From the NCBI GenBank assembly GCA_049115935.1, contig JAGDZK010000015.1:27135-91134 (forward strand): DNA of 64,000 nucleotides, in the 5' to 3' direction. The stretch's first letter is position 1; each line of letters begins with the position of its first letter. Made by a program: the position numbers and the translations under genes. The notes beneath the pieces are model-generated. The model was given only the letters and a program-made list of their open reading frames with translations. It did not search any database and had not been told where the DNA came from. Shown here one piece after another: positions 12,534 to 25,000 of this stretch. Source of the DNA: Bermanella sp. Lineage in GTDB: Bacteria > Pseudomonadota > Gammaproteobacteria > Pseudomonadales > Oceanobacteraceae.

Positions 12534-15500
12534 TTAATGTTCGGTTAATTCAACCGCTTCTTCCATGTTCACAGAAACAATTCGGGATACACCCGGTTCG
12601 TGCATGGTCACACCCATTAATTGTTTTGCCATTTCCATGGCAATCTTATTATGGGAAATATAAATAAACTGCACTTGCTCACTCATGGCTTCAACCAAGC
12701 GAGCATAACGACCCACGTTGGCATCATCCAATGGCGCATCAACCTCATCCAGCATACAAAATGGCGCAGGCTTCAAACGGAAAATTGAGAATACTAACGC
12801 AATAGCCGTTAGTGCTTTCTCACCACCAGATAACAAGTGGATTGTACTGTTCTTTTTACCTGGTGGGCGCGCCATAATCGCCACGCCTGTATCTAACAAG
12901 TCATCACCGGTTAACTCTAAATAAGCATGGCCGCCGCCAAATACTTTCGGGAATAATTCTTTTAAGCCTGCATTTACTTTATCGAAGGTTTCTTTAAAGC
13001 GCGTACGGGTTTCTTTATCAATTTTGCGAATCGCGTTCTCTAGGGTTTCAAGTGCTTTTTCTAGATCGGCGTTTTGCTTATCCAAATACTCTTTACGCTC
13101 AGACTGGGTTTTATATTCATCAATGGCCGCAAGGTTAATGGCTCCTAAACGAGTAATGCGCTGCTGAATTTGCTCAAGCTGTAACTGGCAGGCTTCAATG
13201 TTGGCATCTTCGGCAAGTTGCTCTAATACATCATCCAATTCAACTTCGTATTCAGCCAACTGTTCTTCTATACCGCCACGGCGAGTATGAATCGTTTGAT
13301 ACTGCATGCGACTTTGCTCGAGTTGCGAGCGAACACCTTGTGCTTTTTGCTCAAGCTGCTGACGATTCTGCTCTACTTCGCGAATTTCATTTTCAATCAA
13401 TTCTTTTTTACTGCGAGATGCTTTCATCAGTTCATCAACATCTAAACGTTGCTGCATCATCTCTTCGTATTGGGCTTTCAGCTCTTCGACCGGGCTATCA
13501 CCTTGATCTTGTTGCTCTAATATTTGCTGTTCACGCTCTAATAGTTTTTGTTTGTCTTGCTCATGACGACTAATGGCATCCATTAAAGACTGACGCTGAT
13601 GCTGAAAGGTTTGCACTTTCAACTGCTGCTGATGGGCTTGGTCTTTTTGATGGCGAGCTTGCTGGCGAATATGGTCAAGCTGCTCACGACACGCATCGCG
13701 TTTTTCTAATAGCTGCTCACGCTCTTGAGTGTAATGCTCCATGTCTTGCAATGCGGTTTGCCATTGCAGGCGAGCTTCTTCTAGGTTTTCTTGTTCTAAT
13801 TCTTTTGATTCTTTTTGCTCATTTATTTCGCCAAGCAATTGATTACGACGGCCAACCTGCTGCTCTAAACGTACTTTTTCAGCATGAATTGTCGACTTAT
13901 GATCACTTAACTGCTGAGCCGCATGGTTAACCTCGCGCTGAGCATTATTGCGTTGCTGTTCAAGGGTATTAATACGCAACGATGTAGACTCTAAGTCAGC
14001 ATCTAATTCTTCAACCAACGCATCTAAATCATCTTCTTTGGCGATCAGTTCTTCTAATTCTTGCTTGCGTGCCAACACACCAGACTGATCATCACCAGAG
14101 CGTTTCACACGAATCCAGTTTGCACCTAACCAGATCCCATCGGGGGTAATAATACTTTGATTACCCTGCAAGTTAGCGCGCATTTGTAATGCTGAGGTAA
14201 GGTCATCTGCACACAATACATCATTTAGCCAAGGCAATTTCGCACCATTGACTTTATTGGCAAGACTACCCGCTTGAGCATCCGCCGATGACTGCGCCTC
14301 AACCAAGGTCATTTGACCTTGATTAAGCTGTAAAAGGCGCTGGGCATATTGATCAATTGAAGGCACCACAACCGCTTGCAGCTGCTCCGCTAATACGGTT
14401 TCAACCGCTTGCTCCCAGCCGTTTTCAACGGTCAATTCATCCGCTAAACGTTTATTGTTATGCAGCTGCTGACTTTGCAACCAACGACCAGACTCACCGT
14501 CTGTACCTAATGCGGCTTGCTGTAAAGCTTCTAATGACGCTTTACGACCCATAACCGATTGTAACTGGCTACGGGATTCATTTAATTTTTGCGATAGCGC
14601 TTGTTGTTGCTCGCGGGCGTCTTCAACTTGTTGTTGATATTGAGCACTGTCTTGCTGTTGTTGTTCAAACTGTAATTCTTTTTCACTTAATTGCTCATCA
14701 AGTAGCGCAAGCTGCTCTTCTGCTTCATCACCAATTTGCAGTGACTCAAGTTCACGCTGCAGACGCTCAATACGCTGCTGAATACGGGTAATGTTTTGTT
14801 CAAAGTTTTGAATCTGTGTTTTGCTCACTTCGGCAATGCGTTGTGGTTCGGCACTTTTTTCGTTAAAGCTGTCCCACGAAAGCTGCCAGTTTTGCATGGC
14901 CTCTTCTGCTTGCATCAAAGTTTCTTGACTGGTTTCTTCTTGGGCCATCATTAATTCGTTTTCTGGCTCAAGCTCCATTAATTGTTCATCAAGTGCTTCT
15001 AACGCTAGAGCGTCATCTTCTTCTTGTTGGGCAATTAATGTTTTTGATTCATTGATTTCTTGCAGATCGCTATTTAACTGAAGCGAGCGCTGACTTTGAA
15101 ATTGAATGCTTTGTTCTAAGCGGCCAAGGTTGCCACCTAATTCATAGAATTGCGCTTGTATTTTTTCAAAGTCGTCAGTTAGATCCACCAGCAAAATACG
15201 TTTTTCTTCAACTTGGCTTTCATCTTGTACTTGTACGGTTAACACTTGTTCAAGTGCCAGCTCTTGCTCGGCAATCACCTGATTAATTTGAGCAAGCTCT
15301 GTGTCCATGTTGCGCCAGCGCATGGCAAATAACTGAGCACGGGTTTGACGCTCATCTTCTTTGTAGTTTTTGTATTTTTCAGCGGCTTCGGCTTGGCGTT
15401 GCAAGCGGCCAATTTGACGCTCTAATTCTTCGCGAATATCACTTAAACGTTCTAAATTTTCTGCGGTACGACGAATGCGATTTTCGGTTTCACGGCGGCG

Positions 15501-16025
15501 CTCTTTGTATTTAGAAATACCGGCCGCTTCTTCAATATAAACACGTAATTCTTCAGGTTTGGATTCAATCAGTTTTGAGATCATGCCTTGTTCGATAATG
15601 GCATAACTGCGCGGGCCAAGGCCGGTACCTAAAAATAGATCGGTTACATCACGACGACGACACTTGGTGCCGTTTAGATAATAAATAGATTGACCATCAC
15701 GGGTCACTTTACGCTTAAGGGAGATTTCACTGTATTGTGCATATTCGCCCTGAAGTTTGCCTTCGCTGTTATCAAATACCAGCTCAATACTGGCTTGGCC
15801 CACAGGCTTTCGACCAGTGGAGCCATTAAAGATAACGTCTGTCATGGCATCACCACGCAGGTTTTTGGCACTGGATTCACCCATTACCCAGCGCACAGCG
15901 TCGATGGTATTGGACTTACCACAGCCGTTAGGGCCTACGATACAGGTCAAATTGGTTGGAAATGGTATCTTGGTTGGGTCAACAAAGGATTTGAACCCAG
16001 CAAGCTTAATGGACTTAAGTCGCAC
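12534..16025 (-). CDS. smc: Chromosome segregation protein SMC
   Basis: Walker A GPNGCGKSN, long coiled coils with hinge, LSGGE signature, Walker B LDEVDAPLD. Confidence 0.98.
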   Translation of the reverse strand: MRLKSIKLAGFKSFVDPTKIPFPTNLTCIVGPNGCGKSNTIDAVRWVMGESSAKNLRGDAMTDVIFNGSTGRKPVGQASIELVFDNSEGKLQGEYAQYSEISLKRKVTRDGQSIYYLNGTKCRRRDVTDLFLGTGLGPRSYAIIEQGMISKLIESKPEELRVYIEEAAGISKYKERRRETENRIRRTAENLERLSDIREELERQIGRLQRQAEAAEKYKNYKEDERQTRAQLFAMRWRNMDTELAQINQVIAEQELALEQVLTVQVQDESQVEEKRILLVDLTDDFEKIQAQFYELGGNLGRLEQSIQFQSQRSLQLNSDLQEINESKTLIAQQEEDDALALEALDEQLMELEPENELMMAQEETSQETLMQAEEAMQNWQLSWDSFNEKSAEPQRIAEVSKTQIQNFEQNITRIQQRIERLQRELESLQIGDEAEEQLALLDEQLSEKELQFEQQQQDSAQYQQQVEDAREQQQALSQKLNESRSQLQSVMGRKASLEALQQAALGTDGESGRWLQSQQLHNNKRLADELTVENGWEQAVETVLAEQLQAVVVPSIDQYAQRLLQLNQGQMTLVEAQSSADAQAGSLANKVNGAKLPWLNDVLCADDLTSALQMRANLQGNQSIITPDGIWLGANWIRVKRSGDDQSGVLARKQELEELIAKEDDLDALVEELDADLESTSLRINTLEQQRNNAQREVNHAAQQLSDHKSTIHAEKVRLEQQVGRRNQLLGEINEQKESKELEQENLEEARLQWQTALQDMEHYTQEREQLLEKRDACREQLDHIRQQARHQKDQAHQQQLKVQTFQHQRQSLMDAISRHEQDKQKLLEREQQILEQQDQGDSPVEELKAQYEEMMQQRLDVDELMKASRSKKELIENEIREVEQNRQQLEQKAQGVRSQLEQSRMQYQTIHTRRGGIEEQLAEYEVELDDVLEQLAEDANIEACQLQLEQIQQRITRLGAINLAAIDEYKTQSERKEYLDKQNADLEKALETLENAIRKIDKETRTRFKETFDKVNAGLKELFPKVFGGGHAYLELTGDDLLDTGVAIMARPPGKKNSTIHLLSGGEKALTAIALVFSIFRLKPAPFCMLDEVDAPLDDANVGRYARLVEAMSEQVQFIYISHNKIAMEMAKQLMGVTMHEPGVSRIVSVNMEEAVELTEH

Positions 16026-16044
16026 ACTGCGCCCCTTTTTATTA

Positions 16045-16707
16045 TTAGTTTTCTAGGGCATCCATCATGATGCTTAGCAAATGATCGCCGTAATCTTTTA
16101 GCGCTTTCTCAACTTTTGGCACTTCACGTTTCACCACCCCTTCAAGCAACTGCCCAAAAAAGGTCATGCTGTAACTTAACGCATTATTATCAACGGTTAA
16201 AGCCATGTGATACGCACGGTGAATAGCCGGCTGTAAATCTTCTAAGATGCCCTCTAGATATGGGTTTTCCGCTAAGGGATAGGCCATTCGCATCAGGTCA
16301 AAACCTGCTTTTACAACACGCTCCGGTGCTTCTGGGTCGGTGCTATTGGCGATAGCACGCATCTTTTGTAGTTGTTCAATTAGAGGGTCTAACTGACCCG
16401 GCTTCCACGTGCCAGCCACTTTTGATGCCAGTGCAATCAATAGAATAATATAGGTTTCATATAGAGCGCGTACATTGGCCCTATTCATCTCGGCAACCAT
16501 GGCGCCGCGACGAGGCAGAATATCGATTAGGTGGCGGCTTTCTAGAATCAAAAGTGCTTCACGCACAGAACCACGACTCACTTCTAGGTCATTGGCTACT
16601 TTGAGCTCTTGTATACGCTCTTTTGACTTTAATTTACCTGTGATGATTTGATCACCAATATGCTGGGCAATTTGCTCAGATAAACTTTCCGGTGCTTTAA
16701 AGCTCAT
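16045..16707 (-). CDS. GntR (FCD-type) transcriptional regulator
   Basis: SLSEQIA...VSRGSVREALLILE wHTH; likely start ATG 16707; conserved position upstream of smc. Confidence 0.88.
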   Translation of the reverse strand: MSFKAPESLSEQIAQHIGDQIITGKLKSKERIQELKVANDLEVSRGSVREALLILESRHLIDILPRRGAMVAEMNRANVRALYETYIILLIALASKVAGTWKPGQLDPLIEQLQKMRAIANSTDPEAPERVVKAGFDLMRMAYPLAENPYLEGILEDLQPAIHRAYHMALTVDNNALSYSMTFFGQLLEGVVKREVPKVEKALKDYGDHLLSIMMDALEN

Positions 16708-16848
16708 GTGGCCCAAAATCCTGTACAAAATACAAACAGAGTTACCCTGACCCGCAGGATCAAAGGGCTTAGTGTACCACATAACGCGTAATTGACTACG
16801 GCTTAGCGGGCCTGTTTGTGACGCGGTATCCTCTTGTTAATATTCAAC

Positions 16849-16890
16849 AAAAAAGCCTTATATTTGCTCAAAAAACAAACATAAGGCTTT
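16849..16890 (-). terminator. Intrinsic terminator of hsp20
   Basis: AAAGCCTTAT...ATAAGGCTTT stem with a T run on the minus strand. Confidence 0.65.
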
Positions 16891-16916
16891 AATTGATTAA
16901 ACCCAATTTAAAAGCA

Positions 16917-17348
16917 TTAATTAATACTGACTTTTATGGGCGACGGCTTTTCATGTTTCGCTTTAGGAATGATGACTTCTAACACCCCATCGGTAAAACT
17001 GGCCGCGATTTTTTCAGCATCTGCACTGTCAGGCAACGAAAAGCTGCGGGCAAATGAGCCATAGGCTCTTTCAATGCGATGGGCTTTTTTACTAGCCTGC
17101 TCGTGTTTACTTTCGCGCTGACCGGTTATGGTCAAAACACTTTCGTTGATATTGATATCAATATCTTCTTTCTTTACGCCAGCCAATTCAGCATGCACAT
17201 GAAAAGCACCGTCATCTTCACTGACATCAACCACTGGATGCCAATCCGCTTTTATCATGGCCTGTGTCGTTGCTTTACTTTCTTGCGGGCGGTAACGATT
17301 TAATACTGTTTCCATTTCTGCAAATGGATCCCAAGTTGACACTCTCAT
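16917..17348 (-). CDS. Hsp20/alpha-crystallin small heat-shock protein
   Basis: WHPVVDVSE, AELAGVKKEDI, ERAYGSFARSFSLP, FTDGVLEV. Confidence 0.93.
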   Translation of the reverse strand: MRVSTWDPFAEMETVLNRYRPQESKATTQAMIKADWHPVVDVSEDDGAFHVHAELAGVKKEDIDININESVLTITGQRESKHEQASKKAHRIERAYGSFARSFSLPDSADAEKIAASFTDGVLEVIIPKAKHEKPSPIKVSIN

Positions 17349-17386
17349 GTGAGCCTCCTATTTAAAATTCAATTTGCTCACAACCG

Positions 17387-17414
17387 ATATAGGATTAAGA
17401 AAATCTTTTTCAAG
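17387..17414 (-). promoter_or_regulatory. Sigma-32 (RpoH)-type heat-shock promoter
   Basis: Minus strand CTTGAAA-N13-TCCTATAT against the consensus CTTGAAA-N13-17-CCCCATNT, about 40 bp upstream of hsp20. Confidence 0.7.
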
Positions 17415-17561
17415 GTATTTAAATACACATTTTTTAAAATAAATGATTACCATCAACTTTTCATATTTTAATTAATGCCACTAAGTTTTTTAGCCTAAAA
17501 ATTGCAATTTGGGCGAACTAATAAAATTCAAGACTCAGTCTTTATATTTTCTTGTACTCAC

Positions 17562-17597
17562 AAAAAAGCACCATATAACCGCTTATATGGTGCTTTA
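17562..17597 (-). terminator. Intrinsic terminator of acs
   Basis: AAAGCACCATATA..TATATGGTGCTTT 13-bp stem with a T run on the minus strand. Confidence 0.75.
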
Positions 17598-17620
17598 AAT
17601 AACAAGCTAATTATCTAGTT

Positions 17621-19570
17621 TTAGTTAGTGCTGTGCCTATTCTCGATTAACAAATCCACCACCGCTGGGTCAGCCAAGGTGGATGTATCACCCAAGGTAT
17701 CGATTTCATTGGCGGCTATTTTTCTTAAAATACGACGCATGATTTTACCACTGCGCGTTTTTGGTAACCCAAAAGTTAGCTGAATAATATCAGGGGTGGC
17801 AATGGCACCAATTTCACCGCGCACCCATGTTTTTAATTCGGCTTCTAATTCTGGCGTTGCTTCAATACCCGCTTTTAAAATTACATACGCATAAATACCT
17901 TGGCCTTTGATATCGTGGGGGTAACCCACAACGGCGGCTTCGGCAGTGTCTTTATGTGCAACTAAAGCACTTTCAATTTCAGCGGTGCCCATGCGATGAC
18001 CTGAAACATTCAACACATCATCTACGCGACCAGTGATCCAGTAATAGCCATCCTCATCGCGGCGCACACCATCACCTGAAAAATATTTACCAGGAAAGGT
18101 TTTAAAATAGGTTTCAACAAAACGAGCATGATCACCATACACACTGCGCATTTGCCCTGGCCAGCTATCGAGCATCACAAGATTACCCTCACAAGCCCCT
18201 TCTAAAATATTGCCTTCACCATCCACAATGGCCGCCGCCACACCTGGCAATGGTTTGGTTGCAGAACCCGGTTTTAAATCCGTGGCACCCGGTAATGGGC
18301 TAATTAAAATGCCGCCTGTTTCGGTTTGCCACCATGTATCCACGATTGGGCACTGACTATTGCCGATTGTTTTGAAATACCACTCCCACGCTTCTGGGTT
18401 GATGGGTTCTCCCACACTCCCCAACAATTTTAAGCTGCTACGAGTGGTACCTTGCACGGCTTTTTCGCCATGAGCCATCAATGCACGAATGGCTGTGGGG
18501 GCGGTGTATAAGGTATTGATTTGATGTTTATCCACCACTTGCGCCATTCGACTTACATCAGGGTAATTGGGCACCCCTTCAAACAAAACCGTGGTTGCAC
18601 CATTGGCTAACGGCCCATAAATCATATAACTGTGGCCTGTAATCCAGCCCACATCAGCGGTACACCAATAGACATCTCCGGCTGTGTAATTAAAGACATG
18701 CTCATGGGTATACGCAGCGTAAACTAAGTAACCGCCTGTAGTGTGCAAGACCCCTTTTGGTTTGCCTGTGCTGCCAGATGTATACAAAATAAACATAGGG
18801 TCTTCTGCATTCATTGGCTCACACGGGCATTCGTCAGCAACCTGCTTGAGCATTTCACCGTATTCGACATCACGGCCTTCTTGCCAATGAACGTTTATGC
18901 CTGTGCGCTTAACCATCAAAACTTTTTCAACGCACTGGGTGCCGGCTTTATTTAAAGCATCATCGACACTGGCTTTGAGCGGAATGGTTTTGCCACCGCG
19001 CACGCCTTCATCTGCGGTAATAATCCATTTACTGTTGCAGTCTTCAATGCGACCCGCTAACGCATCCGCACTAAAGCCACCAAATACCACCGAATGGATG
19101 GCACCAATACGCGTACACGCCAACATGGCAAGACTTACTTCAACAATCATCGGCATATACAAGGTAACCACATCGCCCTTTTGTACACCCATTTCTTTTA
19201 AAATATTGGCAAAGCGAGACACTTGAAGATGCAACTGCGCATAAGTCAGTTTGCTATCATCCGTTGGCTCATCACCTTCCCAGATAATGGCCACATCATT
19301 AGCTTTGGTTGGTAGATGACGGTCAACACAGTTGTGGCAGACATTTAAAACACCGTCGTAAAACCATTTGATGTGCAAGTCTTCAGCTGCATAACTCACA
19401 TCTTTTACTTTGGTGTAAGGGGCAAACCAATCGAGTCGCTTGCCTTGCTCACCCCAAAATGCCTCGCTGTCGGAAATGGCATGGTCATATGCTTGCTGAT
19501 ATTGTTCAGCATTCATCAAGGCTTTATCTGCCCACGACTGACTCACTTTATGAATAGGATACTGGCTCAT
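17621..19570 (-). CDS. acs: Acetyl-CoA synthetase
   Basis: [39 protein letters not shown]. Confidence 0.98.
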   Translation of the reverse strand: MSQYPIHKVSQSWADKALMNAEQYQQAYDHAISDSEAFWGEQGKRLDWFAPYTKVKDVSYAAEDLHIKWFYDGVLNVCHNCVDRHLPTKANDVAIIWEGDEPTDDSKLTYAQLHLQVSRFANILKEMGVQKGDVVTLYMPMIVEVSLAMLACTRIGAIHSVVFGGFSADALAGRIEDCNSKWIITADEGVRGGKTIPLKASVDDALNKAGTQCVEKVLMVKRTGINVHWQEGRDVEYGEMLKQVADECPCEPMNAEDPMFILYTSGSTGKPKGVLHTTGGYLVYAAYTHEHVFNYTAGDVYWCTADVGWITGHSYMIYGPLANGATTVLFEGVPNYPDVSRMAQVVDKHQINTLYTAPTAIRALMAHGEKAVQGTTRSSLKLLGSVGEPINPEAWEWYFKTIGNSQCPIVDTWWQTETGGILISPLPGATDLKPGSATKPLPGVAAAIVDGEGNILEGACEGNLVMLDSWPGQMRSVYGDHARFVETYFKTFPGKYFSGDGVRRDEDGYYWITGRVDDVLNVSGHRMGTAEIESALVAHKDTAEAAVVGYPHDIKGQGIYAYVILKAGIEATPELEAELKTWVRGEIGAIATPDIIQLTFGLPKTRSGKIMRRILRKIAANEIDTLGDTSTLADPAVVDLLIENRHSTN

Positions 19571-19763
19571 TGTGATACCTAAAATTATTATTTTTGTTAT
19601 TCATTAATGGACTCCATTTAACCGATTCTCTTTCAGACATTCAACCAATAACGCCAGAATACAGCACTAAGGTGTCGCTATTTGCTCCCAATACTGGCTC
19701 TTAATACCCTAGTGCCAAAAATAGGGGTTGATACACTGTTCGCAATCATAAAAAGGTATCACC

Positions 19764-20762
19764 ATGGACACACTTATTAATCGCCAAGGGCAAGTGAGTT
19801 TTGGGGTTTTTCCAACCAGCCCAAAAAACATTAACTACTTAGATTTTGATTTACGCAACAACATGGACAAAGCCATCAACGGCTTTCGAAAAAAGATGCG
19901 CTTCAATCAGTTTCAGTTCATTGGTTTAACTGGTGATGATTTGATTCTTGGTGTCGCAATTGTGAATTTAAAATGGGTAAGCAACTGCTTTTTATATATT
20001 TACCAGCCCAGCACACAAACTTTTACTGAGTATTCTTGGCTCAAACCATTTGCGTTAAATACTCAAACCGATACTCAGCCTAACAATGGCTCATGGTCAT
20101 TCAAAAGTGGCCATAACCACATATCAATAACGAGCCACGAGCATTTACGACAATTAAAAATCAGCTGCGGTAACGAACTCAATGTCGATGTATCCATAAA
20201 TGAAACTCAGTCTCCATTAGATGTATGTTGCCGTGCAGGTTATAACGGCTGGGTGTATACACAAAAAAATACTGCCCTGCCTTTTACTGGGCACATTCAA
20301 TGGCGTGGGCAAGATATCAATACTCAAGATCTGCTTGCTAGTGTGGATTGGTCTTGTGGGTACATGCGCCGTGAAACATTTTGGCACTGGGCAAGCTTGA
20401 GTCATAAAACTCAAAACGGTGACACGGTAGGTTTTAACCTAGCTGCCGGTGTCAATGAAACCAGCTATACCGAAAATGCACTTTGGATAAACTCAGAAAT
20501 GATTAAACTGGATCGGGCTGAATTTATCTTTGATCGATCCAATCGCATGGCCCCTTGGCAAATTAAAACCAGTGACGGCCATCTAGACCTTACGTTTACC
20601 CCAGCAGGTGAGCGCAAAGAGAAAATAAACGCAGGTCTAATTGCCTCTAATTTCACCCAAGTATTTGGTCGCTTCAATGGAAGCGTGAAGAATGCACAAG
20701 GTGACATCATCACCATCACCAATGCCACGGGATTCTGCGAAGACCATTTCGCCAAGTGGTAA
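19764..20762 (+). CDS. DUF2804 family protein
   Basis: GWVYTQK, DWSCGYMRRETFWHWAS, GFNLAAGVNET, NFTQVFGRF...EDHFAKW resemble DUF2804. Confidence 0.75.
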   Translation: MDTLINRQGQVSFGVFPTSPKNINYLDFDLRNNMDKAINGFRKKMRFNQFQFIGLTGDDLILGVAIVNLKWVSNCFLYIYQPSTQTFTEYSWLKPFALNTQTDTQPNNGSWSFKSGHNHISITSHEHLRQLKISCGNELNVDVSINETQSPLDVCCRAGYNGWVYTQKNTALPFTGHIQWRGQDINTQDLLASVDWSCGYMRRETFWHWASLSHKTQNGDTVGFNLAAGVNETSYTENALWINSEMIKLDRAEFIFDRSNRMAPWQIKTSDGHLDLTFTPAGERKEKINAGLIASNFTQVFGRFNGSVKNAQGDIITITNATGFCEDHFAKW

Positions 20763-20770
20763 CCTTAAGA

Positions 20771-20800
20771 ATATGCAGGTGGTCAAAGCCACCTGCATAT
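20771..20800. terminator. Hairpin / probable terminator after DUF2804
   Basis: ATATGCAGGTGG-TCAAAG-CCACCTGCATAT perfect 12-bp stem; no clear T run. Confidence 0.55.
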
Positions 20801-20898
20801 ACCATATAGCCATATAAAACTCACCAAACCTCTTTTTTGAACACACCCTTTCTTAACAATTAAAACCAACTCTTTAAAAGTTTCGTAAGCTGATATAC

Positions 20899-20936
20899 AT
20901 TAGACAAATCTAATTTAGATAAACCTTAAGTTTATC
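20899..20936. promoter_or_regulatory. Two adjacent palindromes upstream of the RND operon (candidate operators)
   Basis: ATTAGA-CAAA-TCTAAT (20899-20914) and GATAAAC-CTTAA-GTTTATC (20918-20936). Confidence 0.45.
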
Positions 20937-20993
20937 AATCATATTCTAGCCAGCCTCTTCTACACTTAGTAAGGCACAAAATAGGATGAATAC

Positions 20994-22034
20994 ATGAAAC
21001 ACGCACACTTACTGGCCGGCTACCTTGCCATTGCAACTATTTTTAGCCCAAGCGCATGGTCACAAAACATCACAACGACTCAAGCCAGCCTACAAACCTA
21101 TCCGAGCTGGTTTACGGTTGAAGCACAAATCGAAGCGGTGAACCAAGCCACCATTAGTGCTCAAACCAGTGGCCGTGTGCAATCCATCGAGGTGGACGTA
21201 AACGATTATGTACAAACCGGCGACTTAATCATTCAGTTACGCAACAAGCAGCAAAAAGCCGCGGTTGCTCAAGCAACGGCTGGTTTAAACCAAGCTCAAG
21301 CTTTAAGCAAGGATGCCCAATCACAACTTAAGCGAGCCACCCCGTTGTTTGAACAAGGCTCGGTATCAAAAGGCCAATTCGATACCATTAAGGCCAATGC
21401 CGCCTCTGCCGCCGCCCAAGTTAAAGCGTCACAAGCGTTATTGGCACAAGCACAAGAGCAATTTTCATATACACAAATTCGAGCCCCCTATGCTGGGATT
21501 GTAAAAGCTCGTTTAGTTGAAGTGGGCGAAAGCGTTAACCCTGGCACGCCACTAATGACTGGCCTTTCTCTTAATAAATTACGTGCAGTTGCCCATTTAC
21601 CACAACGCTTTATTACAAAGGTAAACCCTGAGACACAATTACAGGTAACCCACCAAGAAAAAACCTTACCCTCTACAAAAGTAACGGTATTCCCTTTTGC
21701 CGATTCTAATAGCCACAGCTTTAAAATACGTGCAGATATAGATGCCCAAGATACAGGGCTATTTCCTGGTATGTGGGTAAAACTCAACATACCAAGCGGT
21801 GAGCAATCTGCTATTCGCATTCCTGAATCAGCAATCGTTTATAAAGGTGAAGCAAGTTATGTTTACATTAAAAATCAACATCAATTTTCACTTAGACAAG
21901 TTCGTTTAGGTGCAAAACAATTGGCACATAACAAACAAAATAAACCCGCCACCATAGAAGTGTTAGCGGGCATCCAAGACGGTGATGAAATTGCCACCAA
22001 CCCTGCTCAAGTATTAGCGGCGCAGGAGATTTAA
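20994..22034 (+). CDS. RND efflux periplasmic adaptor (MFP) subunit
   Basis: ISAQTSGRVQSI biotinyl-lipoyl-like half motifs, helical hairpin, IRAPYAGIV, GLFPGM. Confidence 0.92.
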   Translation: MKHAHLLAGYLAIATIFSPSAWSQNITTTQASLQTYPSWFTVEAQIEAVNQATISAQTSGRVQSIEVDVNDYVQTGDLIIQLRNKQQKAAVAQATAGLNQAQALSKDAQSQLKRATPLFEQGSVSKGQFDTIKANAASAAAQVKASQALLAQAQEQFSYTQIRAPYAGIVKARLVEVGESVNPGTPLMTGLSLNKLRAVAHLPQRFITKVNPETQLQVTHQEKTLPSTKVTVFPFADSNSHSFKIRADIDAQDTGLFPGMWVKLNIPSGEQSAIRIPESAIVYKGEASYVYIKNQHQFSLRQVRLGAKQLAHNKQNKPATIEVLAGIQDGDEIATNPAQVLAAQEI

Positions 22035-22035
22035 C

Positions 22036-25000
22036 ATGACTCAGCCGTCACAAAACCATGACAAACCACTTGGCATTAGTGGACGTTTAGCCAAAACGTT
22101 TCAAAACAATGCCATTACGCCTTTGCTTGCGATATTTGGTTTACTGCTTGGCTTTTTTGCCATCATGGTGACACCAAAAGAAGAAGAGCCACAAATTGAT
22201 GTGACTTTTGCCAATGTTTACATCGCTTTTCCAGGTGCATCCGCCAAAGAAGTGGAAAGCTTAATCAGCACCCCAGCTGAACAAGTTCTTAGCGAAATAA
22301 ATGGCGTTGATGATATTTACAGTGTTTCACGCCCGGGCATGGCGATATTAACCGTGGCTTTTGAGGTGGGATTAAAACGCGAAACCGCCATCTTGAATTT
22401 GTACAATCAGGTTTACAGTCATCAAGACTGGCTACCAACAAATCTTGGGGCCTCTCAACCCATTATTAAACCTCAAGGCATTGATGATGTGCCGATTATG
22501 TCATTAACGCTAACAAGTCGTGATCCCTCGACATCAACCCAACAACTGACTGAGCTTGCCCATGCATTAGAAGTTGAATTAAAACGCATCGACGGTACCC
22601 GTGACATATACACCATTGGCGCTCAAAACGATGTGGTTAATGTTCGCCTTGACCCTATTCGCTTAAGCGCTTATTCCATTACCATTGACGACGTAGCCAA
22701 TACTTTATTAAGCGCAAACGCCAGTGCACCTAATCGCAATGTATACAAACAGCAAGCTTATATCCAAGTGCAAGCGGGTAACTTTTTATCAAGCGCCAGT
22801 GAAATCAAACAACTGGTCATTGGCCTTGCTAAAAATGGCAGCCCAGTTTATTTGTCTGACGTGGCTGACATTATTCACAGTGCTGACATTCCCGAATCCC
22901 AAGTATTACACTTTGAACAAGGTAACCGTTCCAATCAATCTGCGGTTACCATCGCGATCGCAAAACAACCGGGGAAAAATGCATTTAATATCACCAGTGA
23001 CATTGAAAAAAGACTGGCGCAGCTTTCAAATATTGTCATACCGGATAATGTTCAAGTCAGCGTGACTCGCAATTACGGTGACACCGCTAAAGATAAAAGT
23101 GACAAATTAATTGCCAAGTTACTGTTCGCAACTGCGGCTGTGGTGGTTTTAGTATTAGCCACCATGAGCTGGCGAGAAGCCATCATCGTAGGCGGTGCCA
23201 TTTTTATCACCCTTGCTATTACCTTATTTGCTAGCTGGGCATGGGGCTTTACCCTTAATCGCATTTCACTATTCGCACTTATATTCAGCATCGGTATTTT
23301 AGTGGATGACGCCATCGTAGTGGTTGAAAATATACACAGGCATTTACATATGGGCGGTAAAAAAATACTAGAGGTCATTCCCGCAGCGGTAGACGAAGTT
23401 GGTGGCCCTACTATCTTGGCAACCTTCACTGTAATTGCCGCATTAATGCCGATGGCGTTTGTAAGCGGATTAATGGGGCCTTACATGAGCCCTATTCCTA
23501 TTAATGCAAGCACCGGCATGCTTATTTCATTGGCCATCGCTTTTATTGTCACTCCTTGGTTATCGTTTAAATTATTAGCGAACCAACTGGCAAACAATGA
23601 ACAATCGCATATTCATAACAAAGAAAAAGCAGAAGATAATAAAACCTATCAGTTATTTAATAAAATTATGCGCCCTTTAATTGAAGGTGAAAAGGCAGCA
23701 AAAAACCGTTTGAAAATGCTGGCACTGGTCGTTGGTTTAATTCTTTTATCGGTGTCGTTACCGGTTATGAAAATCGTGGCATTAAAAATGTTACCTTTTG
23801 ATAACAAATCCGAATTCCAAGTCATTGTAGATATGCCAGAAGGCACTCCAATGGAAGAAACACTGGTTGCACTCGAAGCACTAGGTGAAGAATTAAAAGC
23901 CAGTCAATACGTGAAGGATTTTCAATTATATGCAGGCACCAACGCCCCTATTAATTTTAATGGTTTAATTCGCCAATATTACTTACGTAATGAGCCGCAT
24001 ATGGGTGACATACAGGTTAACCTAGTGGGCAAAGACCAGCGCGATTTACAAAGCCATGATATTGCCATGGCACTGCGTCCAAAACTTCAAGTCATCGGCA
24101 AGCAATATAATGCCAATGTGAAAATTGCCGAAGTACCGCCGGGCCCGCCTGTTATGGCACCCATTGTGGCTGAGGTTTATGGTGTGAATTACGAAGAGCA
24201 AATAAAAACCGCAAAAAGCTTACGTGCTTTATTTGAAAACACAGCAGACATTATTGACATTGATGACAGCATTGAAGCGGCACAACAAAAAACTGTGATT
24301 GAGATTGATCGCCAAAAAGCGGCTCAGCTTGGCGTCCCTTATGCCCGTATTGTATCAGCATTGGATACGGCGATTAGTGGCAAAGATGTCAGCTTTTTAC
24401 ATTCACCACAAAGCAAATACGCAACCCCCATTCGCTTAGAATACAGTGAAGCCAACAAAGCAAACTGGCAAATATTATTAAATACCAAAGTCAGAAGCAT
24501 CACCAGCCAAATGGTATCGATCGCCGATATAGTGACACTTAACCATGGCACCATTGATCATACTATTTACCATAAAAACTTATTGCCTGTGGTATTTGTC
24601 AACGCGGATATGGCGGGCGAATTAGACAGCCCACTTTATGGCTTATTTGATATGTCATTTAAAATGGATGATGCAAAAACAAGTGGGGATGGCTTTGGCC
24701 CTGAGCAATACTTTATCAATCAACCACAAGTGACCAACCGACCATCCATTAAATGGGATGGTGAATGGCAAATCACTTATGAAACATTCCGTGATATGGG
24801 CATTGCGTATGGCGTGGGCATGATTTTGATCTATTTATTGGTGGTCGCTCAATTTAAAAGTTATTTAGTGCCACTGATCATCATGGCTCCTATTCCACTA
24901 ACCATCATCGGAGTGATGCCGGGCCATGCATTATTTGGCGCACAGTTCACCGCCACCAGCATGATTGGCATGATCGCCTTGGCGGGCATCATTGTGAGGA

